Source of the DNA: Heptranchias perlo
Lineage: Eukaryota
DNA: 64,000 bases
Reading direction: 5' to 3'
Assembly (NCBI RefSeq): GCF_035084215.1
Contig: NC_090331.1
Coordinates: forward strand, 63,798,001-63,862,000
Positions 51,130 to 63,804 of this stretch are shown here, piece after piece (position 1 is the stretch's first letter; each line of letters opens with the position of its first letter). The notes under the pieces are model-generated. The model did no database searches and was not told the origin of the DNA. It saw only the letters and a list, made by a program, of their open reading frames with translations. The position numbers were made by a program, and so were the translations under genes.

Positions 51130-51700
51130 GCTAGGCCACAAAGGAAATCAGGGAGCCGAGAGCCGAGGGCGCTGCAGCTCACTCTGGACTCTGATCGATC
51201 CAACACCGTTCGTATTTTACAAAATATTAATTTTTTTAAAAACCCACACAAAGGGCGGTTCTCACTCAAGCGCGTTGCAAACAGACGCCGGAAAGCACCG
51301 TTACCCGATTAAGGCCGATGATGTCCTCACCGAGTCTGAGAGGAGGAGGTGATTGAGTCACGGCGCAGCCTCCACAGCTCACACTCAAGCCTCCACCTCC
51401 GGCCGTTCCTATCACAGCGCTGACCCCGCCCCCTCACTCTCTTGGAACGGAAGCATTGTGACGCTGTTTTTTTGAGTGACAGCCGCGGCGGACGCGCTCA
51501 GCCAATCACCAGCTCGCGAAACGCCGTCGGCGCGCGCCCAAGGGAGGGATTTCCGCGGGCGTTCCACCCGCTCTGGGCGCGCGCGCGGTGCGCGGGGGGG
51601 GAGAGACCTGTAGTTGTCGAAGGCGCTGAGCCTGGAGTGTGTGCGCCTGCACCGTGCAAGTCGATACACCCCCGAGCAGAGCTGGCACCAAGGACGTAAG
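51130..51700. promoter_or_regulatory. Bidirectional CpG-island promoter of ORMDL1 (-) and PMS1 (+) with probable non-coding first exons
   Basis: CpG-dense; GC box near 51425, CCAAT near 51503; candidate donors G|GTGAGG (- strand, after 51331) and GAC|GTAAGA (+, after 51695); genes are head-to-head. Confidence 0.75.
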
Positions 51701-54403
51701 AGGAGAGGTGGGGGGGTTTGACAAGTGGAGAGAGAGAGAGAGAGAGAGGACGGATTTCTCCCATTGATAGTACAGTGAAGTGTTGCTAAGTATTTATTTG
51801 AAGCAGTTGATTTGTGTGTTAAGTGCTGCATTAGGTTCGCTGTAGGAAAGCACCATTGGCGGGGCTTTTCTTCATTTGTTCTCTATGAGTTCAAATTATT
51901 TGTCCCAGATAGTGCTCGGAGTATTTCACCGGCTGCACAACTCGGGACAATGCTGTACATGTAGATTTATGCTCCGCTATTAGCCCTAAAAAGCACTGAA
52001 GGACATGTTTTATAGGCGTGTCTATATTTTAAGGTGATGTCAATAAAAGTGCAAATTTGTAGCGATTAATGCAGTTTTAACAGAAACGTTTACAAAGCAG
52101 GAACACGTTTCAATTTGTAACTGGCTGGGAATGAACTAAAAACCATTGTAATTTATTTTTGCTGCTGGAAAGCTATTTCAGTGCTGAAAGAGTTGAACTG
52201 GTTTCACAATTTCTTACTGTATTCTTCAAGTCGCAGATTTCACTTTTTCTGCTGCTCCTTGAGAACGTTTAATCCAGGAAATGTTATGTTTTGCTCATAT
52301 TTTGAATTTAATATTCAAATTCACTGCACAAATGCATTCCCTCTAGGCTGTTCACTTTTCCCCCAGGGCTTTAACAGTTACCCATCAGATAAGTAGACTT
52401 CCACAACTACTTGCATAATATTTCTTCTCAGCCTTTTCCAAAAACTCTATCAGTTTCTCCATCTTGGTCCTATGTGCTCTGACGACTGCACTTTCTGCAC
52501 CAGAGTTCCTAAATATCTTTTTGTACTGCTGTAGTGGAGAAGGCCGTTGGCTGCATTTGCAACATTTCTCCTGTCTTTATTCTTATCTTTTCTCACTCCT
52601 CACACCAGATCATCTACAACATGGTTGCAGCATATCTTCACCTCCCCTTTCTGTCTGTGCTCTTCCCCAGGCATTTCCAGGGAACTTCAGCATAATACAG
52701 TTGAGAAATAGGCTAAATATAGAAAGTACAGAGGAAATCTAAAAAAGGGAATAAGAAGGGCAAGGAGAGAATATGAGAATAGATTAACGGCTAACATAAA
52801 AGGGAACCCAAAAGTCTTTTATAAATGTAAATTGTGGAAGGATGGGACTGATTAGGGACAAAAAAAATGATCTTGTGGAGGCAGAGGGCATAGCTGAGGT
52901 ACTAAATGAATACTTTGCATCCATCTTCACGAGAGAAGAGGATGCTGCTATTGTAGCAGTAAAGGAGGGGGTAGTAGTGATTGGATAGGCTAAAAATAGA
53001 TGAAGAGGAGGTACTTGAAAGATTGGCAGTACTTAAAGTAGAAAAATCACCCGGTCCAGATGGGATGCATCCTGGGTTACTGAGGGAAGTATGGGTGGAA
53101 AGTGTGGAGGCTCTGGCCACAATCTTCCAATCCTCCTTAGATATGGGGACGGTGCCAGAGGACTAGATGATTGCAAATGTCACATCCCTGTTTAAAAAAG
53201 GAGATAGAGATAAACCCGGCAATTACAGGCCAGTCAGCCTAACGTCAGTGGTGGGGAAACTTTTAGAGATGATAATCTGGGACAAAATTAATTAGCACTT
53301 GGAAAAGTATGGGCTAATGAAAGTCAGCATGGATTTGTTAAAGGAAAATTGTGTTTGACTAACTGAGTTTTTTGATGAAGTAATGGAGAGGGTTGATAAG
53401 GGTAGTGCGGTTGATGTGTATATGGAATTTCAAAAGGCATTTGATAAAGTACCACATAATAGACTTGTAAGCAAAATTAAAGCCTATGGGATTAAAGTGA
53501 CAGCATGGATACAAAATTGGCTAAGGGACAGAAAGCAGAGAGTAGTGGTGAACGGTTGTCTTTCAGACTGGAGGGAAGTATACAGTGGTGCTCCCCAGGG
53601 GTCAGTGTTAGGACCACTGCTCTTTTTGATATATATTAATGACCTGGACTTTGGTATAGAGGGTATAATTTCAAAGTTAACAGATGACATGAAACTCGGA
53701 AATGTAGGAAACAATGTGGAGGATAGTAACAGACTTCAGGAGGATATAGACAGACTGGTGAAATGAGCAGATACGTGGCAGATGAAATTTGTTGACCGAA
53801 GTGTGAAGTGATGCATTTTGGTAGAAAGAATGAGGAGACATAATATAAACTAAATGGTACAATTTTAAAGGGTGTGCAGGAACAGTGAGACCTGGGGCTG
53901 CACATACACAAATCTTTGAGGGTGGCAGGACAAATTGAGAAGGCTGTTAAAAAAAAAGTATATGGGATCCTGGGCTTTATTAATAGAGGCATAGAGTACA
54001 AAAGCAAGAAAGGTATGCTAAATCTTTATAAAACACTGGTTAGGCCTCAGCTGGAGTATTATGTTCAATTCTGGGCACCACACTTTAGGAAGGATGTCAA
54101 GGCTGCAGAGAGGGTGCAGAAGAAATTTACTAGAATGATACCAGGGATGAGGAACTTCAGTTATGTGGAGAGACTGGAGAACCTGGGGTTGAGGAGGTTA
54201 AGGGGAGATTTGATAGAGGTGTTCAAAATCATGAACGGTTTTGACAGAGTAAATAAGGAGAAACGGTTTCCAGTGGCAGAAGGGTCGATAACCAGAGAAC
54301 ACAGGTTTAAGGAGTTCGGCAAAAGAGCCAGAGGCAACATGAAGAAACATTTTTTTACACAGTGAGTTGTAATAATCTGGAATGCACTGCCTGAAAGGGT
54401 GGT

Positions 54404-54653
54404 CAATTGTAAACAATTTTACAACACCAAGTTATAGTCCAGCAATTTTATTTGAAATTCACAAGCTTTCGGAGGCTTCCTCCTTCCTCAGGTGAATGTT
54501 GTGGAATGTTGTGGATTTCCACAACATTCACCCGAGGAAGGAAGAAGCCTCCGAAAGCTTGTGAATTTCAAATAAAATTGCTGGACTATAACTTGGTGTT
54601 GTAAAATTGTTTACAATTGTCAACCCCAGTCCATCACCGGCATCGCCACATCA
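54404..54653. mobile_element. Third fold-back copy, inserted in a CR1 LINE; 12-bp TSD
   Basis: About 103-bp arms 54404-54506 / 54517-54619; TGAAAGGGTGGT at 54392-54403 and 54654-54665. Confidence 0.9.
54458..54496 (-). ncRNA. Minimal hammerhead motif; the + strand mirror is mutated (CCGAGGA core, stem II mismatch)
   Basis: Reverse complement reads TTCAC-CTGAGGA-AGGAGGAAGCCTCC-GAAA-GCTT-GTGAA. Confidence 0.7.
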
Positions 54654-54949
54654 TGAAAGGGTGGTGGAAGCAGATTCAGTAGTAATTTTCAAAAGGGAAT
54701 TGGATAAATACTTGAAGGGAAAACATTTACAGGGCTATGGGGAAAGAACAGGGGAATGGGATTAATTGGATAGCTCTTTCAAAGATCCAGCACAGGCATG
54801 ATGGGCTGAATAGCCCCCTCCTGAGCTGTACCTCATATGATATGATACTATGATACATGCACCAGTAGTTCATTTGCTTCTTTACATGCCATTATCTCTG
54901 GTCCCAAACACCCAATCCACATGAGACAATCTAGTCTGCTGTGTTTGCT

Positions 54950-55525
54950 GCTAATTGTTCAGTCACCTATATATTGGGGAGAACAAACCAATTAGGTGAT
55001 CGCTTTGCCAAGAATTCAACTTGCCCCTTCGTATCTCACTCAGAACTTTCTGTCTTGGCCTCCTAGACTGTACACACCAAGCTCAATGCAAACTTAAGGG
55101 TTAGTGGTCTGAACCTTCTTTACCAACTTCAGACCACAGCTAGTTTTCCTGCAAGAGTCTCCCATTTAAATTTCACCACAGATCCTTCCATTCTGGAGCT
55201 ATTTTACTCACATTTTGTCCTCATACCTTTGCAAGCCCGGCTGAGATGCCTTTTGTGAATGATGAGGATTTTTCATCTTTTTACATCTGGTTATAGGCTA
55301 TTCATCTAGTATCTGTCTCTTTGTAATGGTAGCTAGCACATCTGTACTCCTAACCACTGTCCGTTGTTCTCCCCTCCCTCTTTCGTTTGGTCGGTCCTTT
55401 GAAGAGCCTTCTAGTCATCCTATATCATTCTGATGAAAATCTCCAGCTGAAACATTAGCTTGTTTTTTTTTCTTTTTGGGTGCTTTCAGAGCTGCTGTGT
55501 AACTCCAGCATATTTTATTCTTATC
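54950..55525 (+). mobile_element. Older degenerate Penelope-like 3' fragment
   Basis: TATATTGGGGAGA (YIGE) remnant and CTGATGA...GAAAC at about 55430-55452 followed by the family-2-like tail. Confidence 0.5.
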
Positions 55526-57144
55526 AAAACTGGCTGCACTTAATTTATTGTCTGATGCTTATTTCTGTTGCAAATCTGTACAATGCCACCTGAGTGACTG
55601 TTAAGTACTTTAAAATATATATATCTCTCTATCTTAATAAAGTGATTTTTAGTCAATTAATTTTCCATCAATTCTGCAAACATGCCTAAGCCAGCACGCC
55701 TGATGCCTTAGCAATTCATGGAGAATTAGTTGACCACAAGGCTTGTTTTTTTAGACATTTCATGTCCTGTTTTTAATGTGCCTTAGGCATTCATTCTGGA
55801 AAATCTCTAGAAAAGAGATAGTTTAGCAAGTAATGTCCATGTTTCAGCATTATATATTAGGATAGATGGATAAGTTTTAGGTAACTTGCATTGTGCTTGT
55901 ATCCTTGACTTTAGCACATTGATTCCTGTGAACATAACTTCTACGGTTGCTTTACGCTATTGCTGTAACAAAAGGAGTTATATTGACAGAAAAAGTCAGC
56001 TGTCCTGACTCTGTGCAGTGTAACATAAGAGTTCAAACATACTGCAAATTAAAATAATTTGAAGCAGCCTTCTGTAATTAACCTGTCTGCATTGGTACAC
56101 ATGGCATAGGGCATTCATGGGTTATGAAATGTTACAATCCAAAAATTAAATCCCATTTAAAATAGCAATCTGTCTTCATTCCTGTACCACTGTCTTATCA
56201 ATCTAATCCCTATATGAACAGGATCTTTTTGAAAAATAATAATTTAATTAAAACAATAACCAAGTCAATAAGAACTAAACAAACCAACAGCTTTGATTGC
56301 TAACATTTACTGGAAGCACAGATGATTCTCAGTCTCCTATTTGTGTAGGTGATTTGAGACAGGATTTAACTGTTTTTTGAACTTACATTAAATATCTTCA
56401 GATTTTGAAAAAAGTAAATAATACATAGTGAATTCAGACCATCTATCAACAGTGACCAGTTGCAACCTATATTGGTGCACCTCCAGATTAAAAAGGCCAC
56501 GTATAGTCTGTTCAAAAATTGTCTGTTTATAAAATAAATCCTTGCATTGATTACCGAGTGAAATAATAATGTCCATTGTCAGGTAAAGTAAATAAGAATT
56601 GGTCTTAAATGGGCTCAACTCAACATTTTATGGTATATTGAACAAGCAAAGGATTACTGGTCTAGTTGGAGGAGGAGAAAGGGAAAGAGAATGTATCCAT
56701 CAGCCGAGGTGTTCATACAACATTATTAATTACAGTAATTTGCTCTCCTAAACATGTTGTGAAACTGCATACAGTTCTCAAAGAGCTGGAATAGCTAGTG
56801 GAAATGAGCCTTGCAGTCAATAATTTTAAAGTGAAATAATGCAGTAATATGAAAAAAAAATGAACTGCCAACTAGTTGATATAGTTGGAGTGGTATCAGC
56901 ATCATGTGGCTGGCATTAATTGCAATCCTTTTTTCATATTGCTGATCCAGAGTGTAAGAATTGTATGTTCACAACAACTATATCCCATATAATGAATGAC
57001 TCTCATTCAGGTTATCAAGGGAGGTGCCAAATGGGGAATAAGTACTTTCACACCCCTGCCCATGGAGAGGGAAGTCAAATTAGAAGATCCAACCCCATTG
57101 CACACTATACAGCAGATGATTAGTTTCAGTGACCTGGGAGCAAC

Positions 57145-57575
57145 TTAGAATTATACAGCACAGAGGAGGCCAGTCGGCCCATCGTGCCTGTGCCAGCTCT
57201 TTGAAGAGCTATCCAATTAATCCCACTCCCCTGCTCTTTCCCCGTAGTCCTGCATTGTTTTCCTTTTGAAGTTTTTATCCAATTCCCTTTTGAAAGTTAC
57301 TAATGAATCTGCTTCCATCACCCTTTCAGGCAGTGCATTCCAGATCATACCAATTCACTGCGTAAAAAAAATTCTCCTCATCTCCCCTCTGGTTCTTTTG
57401 CCAATCATCTTAAATCTGTGTCCTCTGGTTACCGACCCTTTTGCCAATGGAAATAGGTTTTGATAATGTAAATAAGGAGAAACTATCATGATTTTGAACA
57501 CCCCTATTAAATCTCCCCTAAACCTTCTCTGCTCTAAGGAGAACAATCCCAGCTTCTCTAGTCTCTCTGCATAAC
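57145..57575 (-). mobile_element. CR1 3' end
   Basis: FSLEQRRFRGDLI...TRGHRFK and 3' UTR on the - strand. Confidence 0.8.
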
Positions 57576-58272
57576 TTACTTGCCATGCTCCTGGTTGGGA
57601 AAACTGGCAAAAAATATTTTGTAATGATTAATAAACATAAGGAAAAATTTTGCAAATCAGTCTCTCTGTCACACCATGTTTTGTTCCACAGCTACCAATT
57701 AAAACCACAGTTATAAACATGGTTCTCTTGGCCTGTAGATGAAAAAACTTAAAAGTACTTATTTCTAAAATTTGGAACTCCATCTACTGGGAAGGAATTG
57801 CAATTTTTTTTATATAGTGGGGGTAATTTCAGCACCTAAATGTCGTCGTGTACTTATGCCTCTAATATCTGTATTTTGCCCTGGGTTCCTTCTAGCCTAT
57901 AACTATGGCCCAATAATGAGCAGAGTAACCAGTATAAGTATTCTATGTTCACAAAATGATTCTTTCCCTCAACAACAAGATTATAGATGAATCTTGAATA
58001 GAACATTAAACTACTGCCAGTATAGTGGGAGAAGGAGAATATATTCTGCATCAGCTATTGCACAGCAGCAGTAGAGAGAGTTGTGGATAGCTTTAGTTGC
58101 AGAGGAGGCCATACGTGAGTATGCTCATAATATAAGTCTTTGTAGAAAACAAAGTTTTGGGATAAACATAAGGAAAACAACAATTAATGAATGGTTTTGC
58201 CTGTTTTCCCTTGGTAATCTGAAGAAGCCCATATTTTCTTGTTACAGGCTTGAGTTGGTTCAGTAAGCCATC

Positions 58273-58404
58273 ATGCAACAGCTACCACCGGCGACCATTC
58301 GACTTCTTTCGAGCTCTCAGACAATTTCCTCTGTTGTTAACGTAGTGAAGGAGCTTCTGGAAAACTCCTTGGATGCTAATGCAACAAGCATTGAAGTAAA
58401 ATTA
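58273..58404 (+). CDS. PMS1: PMS1 first coding exon (MutL-family mismatch repair, GHKL ATPase)
   Basis: [44 protein letters not shown]; 132 nt; acceptor ends 58247; donor GTAAGT. Confidence 0.95.
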
Positions 58405-60187
58405 GTAAGTGGCATTGCTTTTATTTTCCCAGTCAAGACTCATTTTAGCTCAGCAGAAATCACGTTCTGTATTGGTTAGAAATGAAAGTAATTGAAAAAA
58501 AAATATTTTTTCCCCCAGAATGTTGTCCCAAATCAGTTCATGTACTGTCATTTGAAAAATGCCTAAAATTAGAAAGAATTTTACTAGATCTTTCCAATAG
58601 TGACAGCATTACCCTGAATTCTCTGAGACCTTGTAATAACATATTTGTGGAGAATCCCATTCTTATAGGGTAGTGAAAAACAGGTTTTGTAACATATATG
58701 TCTAGATTGTTAGCTTTATTAGAAAAAGTTTACTTAAAATGTGTATTATTTTCCGAGTTAAACTGAGAAATTTTCTAAAAGTCAGTGATAACTAACTCAA
58801 TGGAACAACTATTATTCAATTGTTGAATTTGGCTGTTTTTATTACTTACCAACTCACAATGCAGCAACAAAGAAATTTTGTAGATTGCGCGTTGTTGGGT
58901 TATTTTGTCAAAATATGATTTATTCAATTGACTTCAATATTTTAATGTATCTGTACAATCCTTCACATTGATACTTGGCACCAATGAAAATAAAATTAGA
59001 TGGTAAAATATTAGTTACCTTATGAAGCCAATGACTTCATAAGAATAACAGACGATCAATGAGATTCCAGTTCCTTTGCTGGTATCATCCACAAGAACAA
59101 GCCTCCTAATATTTGATCCCTTACATTTATCAATTATTAAGGAATTACAATAAATTAATATTTTTCTTTAACTGAATATCTGTTCTAGAAAAGTGACTAA
59201 TTATGGCCTTTCAGTTTTTTTGTACTACAAAAGATCTGTCATAATAAATCGACTACTGTGTTAGATCCTACTGTACCACCTAGTATCATACAGTGTATTA
59301 ACATCACAGCCATATCTACTGCGCTCTATCCCACTACTGATTTCAGGATTTTGTGCCTGGTACACCACACTTGCAGCTTGGAACCATATTCACCCTATCC
59401 ACTAGATGGTGGAACCTTATGCCCAACCCACCCGCTAGACATGCTAACTCCTGGATGAGACAAAAAGCACCTGTGGTCAACTTCAAGAAAAATTTTGGAG
59501 ACATTCCTCCCCGCCTCCTAGGGCAATCAAGCACACTCTAGGAGAGCGTGGTAACTCATACGCCGCAATAGGCAGACTTGAACTAACACTCCTCACCCTC
59601 CTCTCCCCGAGTACGTCCCAGTTTGCTAAGGAAGATAGGACTAGAGGACCGGAAGCAACCACCTCCAACCAATGGGCTGGTCTCAAAGGTCACAGACGTT
59701 TTATCCCACCTCACCTCTGATATCTTTCAGTAGTCCTGTCTACCAAACATTTATCCATCACCTTCATAAAACATATCATTTTCTACTTTCACTGCCTCCC
59801 CAGGGAGGGTATTCCACATATTTACTGTCCTCTTCGTGAAGAAATTATACCTTAACTGTGTTCATCATCTTGTTTCCTAAGTACACTAACACTTAAAATG
59901 GGATACACATTCAGAACTTAGTGATGTTTCCTGCTAGTTTATTCATTGTACTGAATACTCACATGAGGTACGTATGTAGACTGCAGCATTCTCTATTGTG
60001 GCATATCTTTTGGTGGTATAAGTCTTAACTGTTATTCTCATAAGCTGTTTGGTTGTTGAGTACTTTATAACTAGGACTCATTTGCTGCATTTGAAGGGGA
60101 TTTTGCATTTATTCTTGATAAACCTAATTTAAATTTATAATAAAACTAAAATAACTATTCATGGCTCTTTGTCTGTCCATGAAACAG

Positions 60188-60370
60188 GAAAACAATGGGT
60201 TTGACAGAATTGAGGTACGAGATAATGGAGATGGAATCAAAGCTGTTGATACCCCTGTCATGGGACTCAAGCATTACACATCTAAAATCAGTCATCATGA
60301 GGACTTGGAAGCTCTAGAAACGTATGGATTTCGTGGTGAAGCTTTGGGTTCTATCTGTGCTGTGTCTGAG
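60188..60370 (+). CDS. PMS1: PMS1 second coding exon
   Basis: [17 protein letters not shown]...HYTSKI...[13 protein letters not shown] (MutL signature GFRGEAL); AACAG / GTAAGA. Confidence 0.96.
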
Positions 60371-60679
60371 GTAAGAGAGTGATAGTTTATCTAAAACTAT
60401 CAAGGATGCCACATTCAGATTGCTTTGGTAGCAATTTAGGGTGTTGATTGTTGTACAGCTATGGAAAGAATTAGAGAAAACCAGTTGTCTCATTGCATGG
60501 GATAAAATGAAAATCGGATGCAGTATAGTATCTAAAAATGCACTTATTCCACATTTTTATGAAGCAATGATGCAAAAGTAGCAGTATAAATTGGGAGCCA
60601 GATCAGTGAGCTGACTCTAGAGTGCACCAATAAAAGGGTTACGAAACCACCACCATTAGGTAGTCTCACTTCAATTAAA

Positions 60680-60950
60680 AGTAATTTATGGTAATTGGCA
60701 GATGAATCTGAGGAGAGATGAGATTTTTTTCACGCAGCAAGTTGTTATGAACTGGAATGCACTGCCTGAAAGGGTGGTGGAAGCAGATTTAATGATAACT
60801 TTCAAAAGGGAATTGGATAATTACTTGAAGGGGAAAAATTTACAGGGATATGGGGAAAAGGCAGGAGAGTGGGGCTAATTGGATAGCTCTTTCAAAGAGC
60901 TGGCACAGGCATGATGGGCCGAATAGCCTCCTGAGCTGTGTCATTCTATG
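60680..60950 (+). mobile_element. CR1 3' end
   Basis: GGAATGCACTGCCTGAAAGGGTGGTGGAAGCAG (uninterrupted version of the 54392 target) to ATTCTATG. Confidence 0.8.
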
Positions 60951-61035
60951 AAAAGTTCACACCGGCTGTTATATAACTATCCAGGTGCGCAGTCATATTT
61001 TGAAAATAACCTAAAATAATCTCTTTAATGTTATA

Positions 61036-61333
61036 GAAAGAAAGAACTTGCATTTATATAGCATTTTTCACAACCTCAGGACGTTCCAAAGCGCTTTACA
61101 ACCAATGAAGCACTTTTGAAGTGTAGTCACTGTTGTAATGTAGGAAGCGTGGCAGCCAAATTGCGCACAGCAAAGTCCTACAAACAGCAACGAGATAATG
61201 ACCAGATAGTCTGTTTTAGTGATGTTGGTTGAAGGATAAATATTGTCTAGGACACCGGGGAGAACTCCCCTGCTCTTCTTCGAAATAGTACCATGGGGTC
61301 TTTTACGTCTTCCTGAAAGACAGACAGGGCCTC
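61036..61333 (-). mobile_element. 5'-truncated copy of the same SINE
   Basis: Matches 63110-63385. Confidence 0.75.
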
Positions 61334-61376
61334 ATGCTAGAGGTTACACAAAACTGAAAGAAGCAATTGAGTTATA

Positions 61377-61619
61377 GGGGCTGATTTTAAACCCCAAGAA
61401 CAGGTGGGTTGGGGGCAGGTGGGAATTGAAAATAGTTGTTTTTTGGGTCGCGACTGCAACCTGGCTTTATTTCTGGGTTTAACGTCAGCGTGTAAAAGTA
61501 CAGGCTTCCCACTGGGAATGCAAAGTCTGAAAATTTTGCAGTTGCAACCCAATAAAGCAACTATTTTCAACTCCCACCTGCCCCCAACCCAACCATTCTT
61601 TGGGTTTAAAATCACCTCC
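61377..61619. mobile_element. MITE with about 80-bp imperfect terminal inverted repeats in a PMS1 intron
   Basis: GGGGCTGATTTTAAACCC..GGGTTGGGGGCAGGTGGGA.. mirrored by ..TCCCACCTGCCCCCAACCC..GGGTTTAAAATCACCTCC; TA-rich flanks. Confidence 0.8.
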
Positions 61620-62099
61620 ATAAAATCCAAATTACTTTGGATTTGACATTGTTTAATGATAAACCAGAATTTTCTTGAATACTTAGTAAAATTATGCTCT
61701 AACAGGAATGCTTTGTTCAGTCACTAGAGTTTTCTCTGTGTATAATCATTGTTTCTAAGATGTTGTTAACTTTCCATTAAACTCATTTTCTTAATAAAGC
61801 AAATGATGAGCAGCCACAAAAATTGTTGGAAATAGTAGCTCACTGGCATGTGGAAGTCTCAATGAGTGCTTTCAAATTGTTGAAGAATTATTGCAGATTC
61901 TGTGTAACCAGGGAATTATTGAAGTAATTGGTGAACCCATTGTAAATCACAACCGTATTTTAGGCCGTTTATCCTTTGTCAGGAACCTCTGCCTGTGTGC
62001 AGAGGTTGAAAAAGGTCAAATTTTAGCCAAAGCAGATAAAAGAGAATGTTGAAAACTGTCTTGAATATTTCTACCCCCTCCTGCATCCAATTTTCTCTT

Positions 62100-62260
62100 T
62101 GCAGGGTACTAACTCATTCTGGGGTTGAGTCTTGCAGTTGCTGACTCTGGATGGGGTACAGTCCCACAAGTACGCTCAACGTGTTAACTTGTGATGGGAT
62201 ACAGTACGCATACAGTACGCTCAATGTGTTGACTCATGCTGGGGTACAGTTCTACAGGTG
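62100..62260. repeat. Short degenerate tandem repeat
   Basis: GGGGTACAGT and AGTACGCTCAA.GTGTT.ACT recur two to three times. Confidence 0.5.
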
Positions 62261-62647
62261 CTCTGGCACTTCGATCATGCAGCGTTCTTCATGTGCGTGA
62301 CAAGACCGTGAGTGTTGGTGGGCTGATTGCCTGGGGTGGTGGCACATAACAGTTGAGCCTGATCCTATACTCACATGACATCCACATTCACAAACCTTCC
62401 AACTGAATAATAATCAGGGCATGACTGCTGGCTGATTTATTTTTCCTAATCCATGGGCACTGAGGCTAACTGTAGCACCCGGTCCCACAACTCAGCATTA
62501 ACCAGCCATTAAACCTGCGACCCTCCTGGTCTGTAAAGCACAGTTCTACACAAGGCATTGCATTTATCCATTGAGTCATTGGGGATTACCGTCAATATTT
62601 CTGTAAAGGATTTACACAAAATGCCATCCAGTTTCGCTTTTTCCCAG

Positions 62648-62750
62648 GTTATCGTCACCACTAAGACTGCTGCTGATGAAGTGAGTACACAGTATACTTT
62701 GGACAGCGCGGGACACATCATTTCACAGAAGCCTTCTCACATGGGACAAG
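62648..62750 (+). CDS. PMS1: PMS1 third coding exon; gene continues beyond the window
   Basis: [35 protein letters not shown]; CCCAG / GTATTC. Confidence 0.92.
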
Positions 62751-63104
62751 GTATTCTAAAGTTTTTTTTTACAGAGAGGATGTGATTCTGTGTCTATAGT
62801 CGTGTCTTGGACTTCAGTAATTCAGAGGGTTCAGATCTTAACTTTGGATCTTTAACAGTTGTAACAAACTTTGAAAAGAATTCAGATAACATTTAATTTT
62901 TCTGCAACTTATTGAAAAATAATAACAGCTGGAAACATCTTGAAGCAACATTTAGGATGATTGGATGTTAATAATAAGGGCATAGATTAATTTGGGGCTT
63001 CAGATAACGTTGCATTTTGCGAGATGATTTACAGATCTTTTCAGAATACAGAGGTTCAGTTATATCTCTGTGCTCTATGTAGTCATTTTTAAAAATATAA
63101 AAAA

Positions 63105-63545
63105 AGATATAACTTGCATTTATATAGCGCCTGTCACGACCTTAGGACGTTCCAAAGCACTTTACAGCCAATGAAGTACATTTTTGAAGTGTAGTCACTT
63201 TTGTAATACAGGGAAATGCGGCCGCCAAATTGTACGCAGCAATGAGATAATGACCAGATAATCTGTTTTAGTGATGTTGGTTGAGAGATAAATATTGGCC
63301 AGGACACTGGGGAAATCTCCCCTGCTCTTCTTCGAAAAGTGCCATGGGCTCTTTTAAGTCCACCTGAGAGGGCAGACGGGATCTTGGTTTAACGTCTCAT
63401 CTGAAAAACGGCACCTCCAACAATGCAGCGCTACCTCAGTATTACACTGGAGTGTCAGCCTATGTGCTTATGGTTCTGGTGTGGGACATGAACCTGCAAC
63501 CTTCTGACTCAAAGAGAAAAGTTCTGACACTGAGCCAAGGCTGAT
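63105..63545 (-). mobile_element. Full-length copy of the same SINE
   Basis: Reverse complement has tRNA-like head CCTTGGCTCAGTG and the Deu core. Confidence 0.75.
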
Positions 63546-63804
63546 ACTTGTATATCATCTTAAAACATGAAAGTGTGATAGATATTAAAAGGCGGTACAG
63601 AAATTATATGCATAGGAGACCAAAAAGCAGACTATAAAGGAATTAAGAGGTTAATTACACCTCAACTTAGCGTCATTTTATTCTTGTGGATTTTGAAACT
63701 TGCACAATTTTTGAGCTTTTCAATTTATATCTACATACTATTTTAAGCTTGTATGTCACATAATCCTTATTTGATTGTGTACATTTTGTGTACTATGTAA
63801 CCGC

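Larger units (their letters stand above)
52705..54856 (+). mobile_element. CR1 LINE, 5'-truncated, interrupted by the fold-back element
   Basis: RT motifs as in 45990-47775; ends in TATGATA repeats. Confidence 0.9.
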
